A DNA stretch of 64,000 nucleotides from Gemmatimonadales bacterium (lineage in GTDB: Bacteria > Gemmatimonadota > Gemmatimonadetes > Gemmatimonadales > Gemmatimonadaceae). Below are positions 27,744-34,928 of this stretch, piece after piece. The stretch lies in NCBI GenBank assembly GCA_038203945.1, contig JBBRDJ010000004.1:77-64076 (forward strand), in the 5' to 3' direction. The notes under the pieces are model-generated. The model was given only the letters and a program-made list of their open reading frames with translations. It had not been told where the DNA came from and made no database searches. Each line of letters starts with the position of its first letter. Position 1 is the first letter of the stretch. The translations under genes and the position numbers were made by a program.

Positions 27744-28355
27744 ATGTTCGACGCGTGGGTTCGCATCTGGAAGGAGCGTTGGCTGAGTCCGCTCGCGCGT
27801 AAACTCGGCCCTTGGGTATCGCCCTTCGATCTCACCATCATCGGGTTCATGCTCGGCGTCATCAGCGCCGCCGCCGCGTCGCAGCAGCACTGGACGCTGG
27901 CGCTCGTATTCTGGATTGGCAATCGCGTGTTTGACGGACTCGATGGCACGCTGGCGCGCGTCCGACAAACACAAACCGACTTTGGTGGCTACCTCGACAT
28001 CGTGCTCGACTTCACGGTGTACGCCTTGATTCCGGTCGCCATTGCACTGGCCCTCGACACGCGCGCCGTGTGGCTGGCGGTGGCGGTACTGCTCGCCTCG
28101 TACTTTGTGAACGCCGCGTCGTGGATGTATCTGTCGGCCGTACTGGAACGCCGAGGACATGGCGCCGAGTCGCGCGGGGAGTTGACCACGGTCACTATGC
28201 CGGCCGGGCTGATTGCCGGCACCGAGACGGTGGTGTTTTTCTGCCTGTTTCTGGCGCTGCCGCAGTACTTCGTACCGCTGGCGTGGGTCATGACCGCTGG
28301 TGTGACCATCGGCATTCTGCAGCGCGTAATGTGGTCGGCCACCAACCTGCGTTAG
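27744..28355 (+). CDS. CDP-alcohol phosphatidyltransferase family membrane protein (YnjF-like, 203 aa)
   Basis: Canonical motif D-G-x2-A-R-x8-G-x3-D-x3-D (DGLDGTLARVRQTQTDFGGYLDIVLD). The ATG at 27744 is 9 nt after the ATPase stop. The supplied ORF (from 27411) carries a spurious extension through the repeat. Confidence 0.85.
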   Translation: MFDAWVRIWKERWLSPLARKLGPWVSPFDLTIIGFMLGVISAAAASQQHWTLALVFWIGNRVFDGLDGTLARVRQTQTDFGGYLDIVLDFTVYALIPVAIALALDTRAVWLAVAVLLASYFVNAASWMYLSAVLERRGHGAESRGELTTVTMPAGLIAGTETVVFFCLFLALPQYFVPLAWVMTAGVTIGILQRVMWSATNLR

Positions 28356-28410
28356 CAGCGTGGACGTCACGCCACGACCGCTCTCTCCGCTCGCCGACGC
28401 GCTACACGCC

Positions 28411-28554
28411 TGGCGCGATTGGCGTGATTGGTGCGAGTGGCGCGATTGGCGCGAGCGGCGCGAGTGGCGCGAGTGGCGCGAGTGGTGCGAGTGGCGCGAG
28501 TGGTGCGAGTGGCGCGAGTGGTGCGAGTGGTGCGAGTGGTGCGAGTGGCGCGCC
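28411..28554. repeat. 9-bp tandem repeat (TGGYGCGAK) x16 in a convergent intergenic region
   Basis: 16 consecutive units counted directly (tggcgcgat, tggcgtgat, tggtgcgag ... tggcgcgcc). It lies between the CDP-alcohol PT stop (28355) and the desaturase stop (28607). Confidence 0.95.
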
Positions 28555-28606
28555 GGATCGGCAGCCAGCGCGCGTTACGCGGCGGGCTGCCGATGCACTC
28601 AATGAT

Positions 28607-29920
28607 TCAGGCCGTCACGCCCGCCCGCCGGGCCAGCTGCTCGGCCACCCGCTCCGCCAGCAGCTCATGTGCCCGATCCGTGATCGCATCGAGCGAGGTC
28701 GTGGCAGGCAACATCGCCTGAGCGCGCGCACGCAGCTCTTCGCGCGACGGGAATGTGGGCCAATGCACGTGTGACATCGCTTCGGCGAATCGATCTTCGG
28801 CCTGCTGCTTCATTTCGGCGAGGCGGTCACCGGCGTTCGCTCGCATTTCGGCCAGTTGCATCTGCCCGTTCCAGTGCGCAGCACGCGCGTCGTGCGCGAG
28901 CTGCTCGATGTTGAAGCCCGCCACCAACTGGCGCGCCACTTTTTCAAGCACCGCCTTGCCCACTGGCCGTTCATTGCGCACCACTTCGGGCGGCGGCGCG
29001 CCCAGATCCCACACCAGTCCTACCCACGACATGGCCTTGAGCGCATAGAACGTAGGATCAAACTCGTACCACCGAAACCCCTGGCGCGTGGAGCGCTGAT
29101 ACGCGTGATGATTGTTGTGCCAGCCTTCGCCAAGCGTAAAGATGGCCAACCACCAGTTGTTGCGGGAATCATCGCCGGTGACATAGCGCTGATTGCCATG
29201 CACGTGCGCCAGCGAGTTGATCATGAATGTGCCGTGCCACGTGGCTACGGTGCTCCACACAAAACCCACCACCAATCCACTCCACGAGTCAATCCAGAAG
29301 CACAGCGCGGCCAGCGCCAGCGTTGGTACGTGCTCGTATTTGTTCAGCCATACGAGTTCCGGATACGCCGTCAGATCGGGCACGGCGTCGAAGTTGGTTT
29401 TATCCCACTGCGGTTCAAAGATCCAGCCAACATGCGAGTGCCAGAATCCATCGTGCCGCGGTGAGTGCACGTCGAGTTCCGTGTCGCTGTGACGATGATG
29501 ATGTCGATGATGCGAGGCCCACCAGAGCGTGCCTTTTTGAGCCGTGGTTTGCGCCAGAAACGCGAGCAGAAACTGCATCACACGACTGGTCTTGAACGTG
29601 CGATGCGAGAAATAGCGATGATAGCCCGCCGTCACGCCAAACATGCGCACAACGTACAGGGTGAGGGCCAACACAATCGCCGTAGTGGTGACACCCGACC
29701 AGATAGCCGTGAAACACACCAGGTGCAGTGCCACAAAGAGAAACTTGCCAGGGTAGACCGTATCGTCGTGCGTGTGCTCGTTGGCCGGTGTGTGCACCGG
29801 TGCGTGCAAGTGATCCGGCGCCTGTGCGCCTGCGTGAACGTGTACGTCGGTGTGCTGGTGCATACTGGACAACGAAACTCCGGACTGACTGTGTTCAGGG
29901 ACAGGTGACGTGTGACGCAC
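28607..29920 (-). CDS. Membrane acyl-CoA/acyl-lipid delta-9-type fatty acid desaturase with C-terminal helical extension
   Basis: Three histidine boxes: HRYFSHR, HHRHHHRHSD and HNNHHAY. The start is either the GTG at 29920 (26-nt overlap with the TetR gene) or the ATG at 29863. The N-terminus is His-rich. Confidence 0.9.
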   Translation of the reverse strand: MRHTSPVPEHSQSGVSLSSMHQHTDVHVHAGAQAPDHLHAPVHTPANEHTHDDTVYPGKFLFVALHLVCFTAIWSGVTTTAIVLALTLYVVRMFGVTAGYHRYFSHRTFKTSRVMQFLLAFLAQTTAQKGTLWWASHHRHHHRHSDTELDVHSPRHDGFWHSHVGWIFEPQWDKTNFDAVPDLTAYPELVWLNKYEHVPTLALAALCFWIDSWSGLVVGFVWSTVATWHGTFMINSLAHVHGNQRYVTGDDSRNNWWLAIFTLGEGWHNNHHAYQRSTRQGFRWYEFDPTFYALKAMSWVGLVWDLGAPPPEVVRNERPVGKAVLEKVARQLVAGFNIEQLAHDARAAHWNGQMQLAEMRANAGDRLAEMKQQAEDRFAEAMSHVHWPTFPSREELRARAQAMLPATTSLDAITDRAHELLAERVAEQLARRAGVTA

Positions 29921-30548
29921 CGTGCGCCATCGTTACAACTTCGGCTGCTGCAGTCGGCACGATCAGCGCCTGCAAGGTGGCCATTGCTCGCTGTGCATTG
30001 AAGCGGGACGGGTCAAGAACGGTTTGCGTGGCGCAGCCCTCGATGAACGCGGCGCACACACCCGCCAGATCGTCGGCGGTGAGGTTGGCGTACCGCGCCG
30101 GGTGGCTGGCAATGATGGCGTGCGCGGCCGGTTTGAACGCATCGCGATAGCGATGCAACGCGCGTCGGATCAACCGACGAACCACTTCGTGTCGTGTACC
30201 CAATACCCAATAGTCGTAAAACAGCTCCACCCGATCCCGCTGCTTGAGCAGGTGCGCCAGATCCCGTTCCACGATCATGAGCAACCAGGCAATGGGCGGT
30301 AACCCCGCTGGCGCGCGCTGATGCAGCTCACCGGCCACGATGGTGTGTGAGAGCATCCAGTCGAGCAGGTCGATGAGCAGGCCGTCCTTCGACTCAAAGT
30401 GAAAGAGCAGCAACCCGGCGCTCACGCCGGCTTCAGTGGCCACAGCGCGAATGGTGAGCCCGCCCAGTCGATCCCGCGCCGCCACACGATATGCGGCCCG
30501 CAGGATCTCATCTCGACGCACAGATTCGGGCGCTTTCTTTCCGGGCAT
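29895..30548 (-). CDS. TetR family transcriptional regulator (DesT-like context)
   Basis: Trimmed to the ATG at 30546-30548 (MPGKKAPESVRRDEILRAAYRVAARDRLGGLTIRAVATEAGVSAGLLLFHFESKDGLL). It lies directly upstream of, and co-oriented with, the desaturase. Confidence 0.88.
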   Translation of the reverse strand: MPGKKAPESVRRDEILRAAYRVAARDRLGGLTIRAVATEAGVSAGLLLFHFESKDGLLIDLLDWMLSHTIVAGELHQRAPAGLPPIAWLLMIVERDLAHLLKQRDRVELFYDYWVLGTRHEVVRRLIRRALHRYRDAFKPAAHAIIASHPARYANLTADDLAGVCAAFIEGCATQTVLDPSRFNAQRAMATLQALIVPTAAAEVVTMAHGASHVTCP

Positions 30549-30570
30549 TGCAGCGGGCAAAATGAAGTGG

Positions 30571-30617
30571 CGGCAAGTTGCCGGCCAATCCTGAAATATT
30601 GTTGAACATGCGTTCAA
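30571..30617. promoter_or_regulatory. Two palindromes upstream of the TetR-desaturase pair (candidate operator)
   Basis: cggcaa-g-ttgccg (30571-30583) and the perfect ttgaac-atgc-gttcaa (30602-30617), 23-70 bp upstream of the TetR ATG. Confidence 0.45.
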
Positions 30618-31136
30618 TGTCAAATCTCACACCGCGCAGTATGTTCTCACGCACACGGTTCGACCCGATGGTCAGCTGGCCGCAACCAGCGGTGATCCCT
30701 AGGCCATTGAGCCGCTCCACGGGCCCCAGCGACTGCGGATCGAGCGCGACGCGCTGTCGGCCCCACACGCGAGGAGGAACGCAGCGAACGGCGCCGTTTC
30801 GTGCAATCCGGGACGCGAAACGACCCCCTCCACCGGCGCGGCAGCCAAACGGTCGGCCTACCGCGCCGCGTATCGAATGGCGCGAGCGCACGTGGTATGA
30901 TGTCTATAACCCGGATGGAAGTTTTTTTGGTCGAATCGTACTGTGCCCGTACGCACCACGCGGCTGGGCGCGCGCGGTGATCGCGTGTGGGGGTGGAACG
31001 CGATCGAGATGGGGTGCCGTTTCTGATACAATGGCACCTGACGGTACGTGCACTTCCCCCGGGCACGTAATCTCTGGTAAATCGCATTGGTCTGATGTAC
31101 CACGGGATTCTCTTTGCCTTCTGACTGGTAGCTCAC

Positions 31137-31781
31137 GTGTCCACACGATCACTCCCGCTTTTCCCGCTTGGCATGGTGCTCTATCCGGGCGTGGCGCTTC
31201 CGTTGCACCTGTTTGAGCCGAGATACCGCCAGATGCTCACCGATGTGCAGGCGGGCGATCAGCGGTTCGGCATCATCTGCGCAATGCCAGGTGTGAAAGA
31301 GCGCGCGCTGCCAGCCGGTCGTGTGGGTTGCATTGCCGAAGTCACCGACGCGGAAGTCATGGAAGACGGGCGCTCCAACGTGGTGGTGGTGGGGCGCGAA
31401 CGGTTTGCGCTGGACCGATTTGTTGACGACCCGGCGCCGTATCACGTCGCCGACGTGACCATCATAACGGATGACGCCGACGCCTCACCGGTTGCACTCG
31501 CGGTGAGCAGCGACGAGGTGGTTGCCAACTTCAAGCGTGTGGTGCGCGCGGTGCTTACGCTTAACGACGACACATCGGATGTACCGCCGTTGCCCGACGA
31601 CACGGCACATCTCGCCTACGCCGTGGCGGCCATGATCGATGTCGAACTGGGCGAACGGCAAGCACTGCTCGAAGAACGCTCACCGCTGGCGCGTTTGCAG
31701 CGCATTGACGCCGTGTTGCGTACGGCGCTGCCCGATTTGGAGCTCAAGGCCGCGATGCATCAAGCGCGCGGGAACAGCTAG
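31137..31781 (+). CDS. LON N-terminal (substrate-binding, PUA-like) domain-only protein
   Basis: LPLFPLGMVLYPGVALPLHLFEPRYRQML signature. 214 aa, with no AAA+ or protease domain. GTG start. Confidence 0.85.
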   Translation: MSTRSLPLFPLGMVLYPGVALPLHLFEPRYRQMLTDVQAGDQRFGIICAMPGVKERALPAGRVGCIAEVTDAEVMEDGRSNVVVVGRERFALDRFVDDPAPYHVADVTIITDDADASPVALAVSSDEVVANFKRVVRAVLTLNDDTSDVPPLPDDTAHLAYAVAAMIDVELGERQALLEERSPLARLQRIDAVLRTALPDLELKAAMHQARGNS

Positions 31782-31893
31782 CGCGGATTTTTCACGGGAG
31801 TCTTGTCTACCGGCCGCCGCGTGTGAGATCAACGGTATTTCAGGAGCGCGTTGCACGTACGCGGCGACGAACGGCGGTGGAAAGTCAGGGCAT

Positions 31894-32399
31894 CGGCGTT
31901 CACCGCAGAGGCGCAGAGGGCACGGCAACGGCAACGGTTGGAATGGTACGCATCGTGACGCGCGTGCGTAGCTTGTATCCCCGTTTGTTGCCGTGCCCCG
32001 CGGTGGTTCTGCGTCTCTGCGGTGAGGGCGGTTCGCCTCACTCACGGAAGCGGCCGCGCCAACGGTGTTCACCGCAGAGGCGCAGAGGGCACGGCAACGG
32101 CAACGGCAACGGTTGGAATGCTACGCATCGTGTCGCACGTGCGTGGCTTGTTTCCCCGTTTGTTGCCGTGCCCCTCTGTGGTTCTGCGTCTCTGCGGTGA
32201 AGGCGGTTCGCCTCACTAAGGGAAGCGGCCGCGGCAACGGCGTTCACCGCGGAGGCGCTGAGAGCACCGCAACCGCAACGGCAACGGTTGGAATGGTACG
32301 CATCGTGACGCGCGTGCGTAGCTTGTATCCCCGTTTGTTGCCGTGCCCCGCGGTGGTTCTGCGTCTCTGCGGTGAAGGCGGTTCACCGTACCTCAGGGA
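31894..32399 (+). repeat. Family-A structured repeat, 3 tandem units (about 169-175 bp), each a long imperfect hairpin plus a short hairpin
   Basis: Units start at 31894, 32063 and 32238. The left arm caccgcagaggcgcagagggcacggcaac pairs with the right arm gttgccgtgccc..tctgcgtctctgcggtg. It lies in the convergent intergenic region. Confidence 0.92.
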
Positions 32400-32518
32400 A
32401 TCGCGCACGATCCGGCACACCGGACGGTTTACTGATGCTCATGAGAAGTGCAGGCTAGTTACGTGCGACCGATATCCGGTAGCGCACCAGTATGGGAATC
32501 TCGGCTGCATCAGTTTCA

Positions 32519-32560
32519 GCAGACCGAAGCGCGTTTCGGTCTGTCGGAAGGATTTTTCTC
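32519..32560 (+). terminator. Hairpin plus T-tract (possible plus-strand terminator or RNA 3' end)
   Basis: cagaccgaa-gcgcgt-ttcggtctg (9-bp perfect stem, 32519-32542), followed 9 nt later by atttttct. No annotated plus-strand gene ends here. Confidence 0.3.
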
Positions 32561-32629
32561 ATCTCGACCAGCCACAACATTGGCCTTCTGCATGCAGAAG
32601 TTGCTTCGCCAATGCCGCCTGCAGCCCCC

Positions 32630-34753
32630 TTACGGCTTAATCAACCTACGATACGGTGAGACACCCTGCGCGTTCGCGGGACGGGGAATGCCGAGCCAGT
32701 CGGATGTGATCAACGCGGCATCTGAGCTGCGCGCCGCGCCAATGCGATTGGGCGACACACCACGGCTCCACAAACAGAGCACCGTCTGCATTTCCGGGCT
32801 CGTTGAAGGAAAGCCGTGCGTCGAGCCGGGGCGCGACAGCTCCGAGCTCACGGGATCCGCGACGCCGGCGTTCCAGGTGTATCCGCGCGCCACGTCGTAG
32901 TACAAATCGCCGCCAGCCGGTCCGCCCAGACCGAGCGTATCAGCGCCCGGTGCATCGGCTCGCCACGTGTGAACGACAACTGGCGAACCCTCAGGGGAGC
33001 GCGCCGCAAGCACCGCGCGCTCCGCCGCATCGAGCACGGCCTTTTCTTCAGACGGAGGCACAATACCGTCTTTCCAGGCCACGCGATTGATCATCACGTA
33101 GTAGCCGTTGGGTGAATACGCTTTGGTGCGTGACAGGTCAACGCGACCGTCGCTGTTGAGCGCGAGCAATCCCGCTTCTCGCAACGCAACGTTGGGGCGA
33201 AACCCGCGCCAGAACGTGCGCATGCCGTGATCACCGGACACGATGAGCGCGGCAGCAGAATCCTGCGCAACCAGTGCGTGCAATGCGCTCAGTCTTCTGT
33301 CAGCCAACGACCAGGCGCGCGCGCGGTACACCTGCAGACGTGTGCCAACGGACGCGTCGTACAGCGCCGTGGTTGCGTCTACGTATCCGTACCACTCGTG
33401 ATCGACTTCATCGATGAGCGGGAAGTAATCCAGCATCAACTCGGCGCGTTGCGTGCGCCACATCCACTCGCTGCCACGCATGTCTTGTCGGGTTACGTGC
33501 TCCAGCGATTCGAGATACCGCAACTCGGCGCTGCCCTTCCCGCCCGACATGATGGTGGGTCCAAAACGTCCGCTGCGATACACCGACAGCGCGCCGTTGC
33601 CGTACCACCCGCCGATTGCTGCCTGATAGGCGCGCGCTTGATCGCGGTTGCTGCCCTCGACTACACGCAACTCCGGAATGAGCAGCTCAAACGTTGACGC
33701 ATCATCGGCCACGGCGAACAGTCGGCCAGTGAGCGGTACGGGTCCTTGTGCGGTCTCCACCAACACGGCGTTGGGGAAGTGACGCGCGAGTTCGCGATTG
33801 ACCAATGGTGCGGATGTATCAACCGGGGCTTCCCGCACAACAACTCCAGCGGCTACATCGCGCGTGCCCGCAAGCACCACGCGATCGTACACTCGCGCTC
33901 CGTAGAGCAACGCGAAGAGTGAATCGGCGCCCGCCAACCAGCTGATTTCAAGTGGTTGCACACCGCTGTTGAGCGAAGCGACGCCGCGCCATGCGCCACC
34001 AGCGCGCGGAGTTACATCACGCTCGGTGAGCAACCACGATGGTGCAACGGACACGTTGTAGCCGTTCATGACAAACAGCTCGTTCATTTGCAGCACACGT
34101 CGCGCTTCGGTGCGCGCCGAGTCGAGCGAGGCGCGCTCGGCGTCCGTCTCGTCGCCTGTATACGGATAGCCCGGCGCATCGGGCGCCTGCGTGACATGAT
34201 GACCGGCCACGCGTCGTCCGTCACGTGCGGCGGTGATCCAGATTGGTTCAGCGCGGAGCGCGTCTACGAAATAGCCCGAAACGCGCGACATGAGCGAGTG
34301 CTCGCTGCGCGGCAGTTGTGGCTGCGCGTTGGCTGAAATGCCGTTCACATTACCGTAGGCACCCGTCCAAAGCGCCGCGTGTCCGGGCGCCGTGACGCTG
34401 GGGAACGCCGGTCTGGCGGAGGCCGCACAGGCGGCGTTGGCAAACATCGCGCGGAAAGTGGGAATGGCGGCGGCAGGAATCGTTTCCAGCGCGCGGCCCT
34501 CGTTGATGGCATCAAACGAGATCAGAATGGCGCGTCTGTTGGTTGCCGACGTGGCATCACGCAGCGTCGCAGTCGGCGGCGGCAGCTCCGGCGCAATCCC
34601 CGGCGCAGTCGGCGCCACAGCCGCAGGCATGGCTACCGACCGAGCGGACGGCGCACAGGCGGCCAGCACGACAATACCAACAGCAACGGCAAATGTGACG
34701 CCGGAAAGGAGCCGGAGCGGCAAACCGCGGTCTTTAAAATGCATGATCGCCAC
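32630..34753 (-). CDS. Secreted alkaline-phosphatase-superfamily nucleotide pyrophosphatase/phosphodiesterase (NPP-like)
   Basis: ILISFDAINEG.., FPSVTAPGHAALWTG (Thr nucleophile context), and SGDHGM near the C-terminal half. Signal/lipoprotein-like N-terminus (VVLAAC). Confidence 0.8.
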   Translation of the reverse strand: MAIMHFKDRGLPLRLLSGVTFAVAVGIVVLAACAPSARSVAMPAAVAPTAPGIAPELPPPTATLRDATSATNRRAILISFDAINEGRALETIPAAAIPTFRAMFANAACAASARPAFPSVTAPGHAALWTGAYGNVNGISANAQPQLPRSEHSLMSRVSGYFVDALRAEPIWITAARDGRRVAGHHVTQAPDAPGYPYTGDETDAERASLDSARTEARRVLQMNELFVMNGYNVSVAPSWLLTERDVTPRAGGAWRGVASLNSGVQPLEISWLAGADSLFALLYGARVYDRVVLAGTRDVAAGVVVREAPVDTSAPLVNRELARHFPNAVLVETAQGPVPLTGRLFAVADDASTFELLIPELRVVEGSNRDQARAYQAAIGGWYGNGALSVYRSGRFGPTIMSGGKGSAELRYLESLEHVTRQDMRGSEWMWRTQRAELMLDYFPLIDEVDHEWYGYVDATTALYDASVGTRLQVYRARAWSLADRRLSALHALVAQDSAAALIVSGDHGMRTFWRGFRPNVALREAGLLALNSDGRVDLSRTKAYSPNGYYVMINRVAWKDGIVPPSEEKAVLDAAERAVLAARSPEGSPVVVHTWRADAPGADTLGLGGPAGGDLYYDVARGYTWNAGVADPVSSELSRPGSTHGFPSTSPEMQTVLCLWSRGVSPNRIGAARSSDAALITSDWLGIPRPANAQGVSPYRRLIKP

Positions 34754-34928
34754 AGGAAAGCGGAAGCGGAGTTAGATACCCAAGAGACAGCCGCGCAACA
34801 CCATGTCCCGGGAAACGTACTGCGGTGCTGGACGTGCTCAGCCGCACGCAGCAGAATCTGTCAGTTCGCCAACCATTTTCATAATTCTACACCACCGTCC
34901 CGTGTCGCCCATTCATCACCGGCACTTC

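Noticed and set aside
28402-28602. ORFs made entirely of repeat sequence: (APL)n at 28402-28602 (-), (ASG)n within 28070-28774 (+), and the Asp/Cys-rich DCDC ORF at 27393-27656 (-).
   Set aside because: They exist only because the tandem repeats are stop-free in several frames. They have no start context or flanking domain, and the 27.4 kb tract is already in-frame in the ATPase gene on the other strand.
30578-31216. The 212-aa plus-strand ORF as a genuine gene.
   Set aside because: Its composition is dominated by Arg/Pro/Thr/Gly, and it runs into the Lon-N gene in another frame. Only a short internal stretch looks protein-like, so it is better explained as a pseudogene remnant (see findings).
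31894-32399. Whether the repeat arrays at 31.9-32.4 kb, 37.8-38.2 kb and 28.4-28.55 kb are CRISPR arrays.
   Set aside because: The whole period is repeated, with no unique spacers between conserved short repeats. Unit lengths (about 170, about 138 and 9 bp) do not fit CRISPR, and there are no cas genes in the window.
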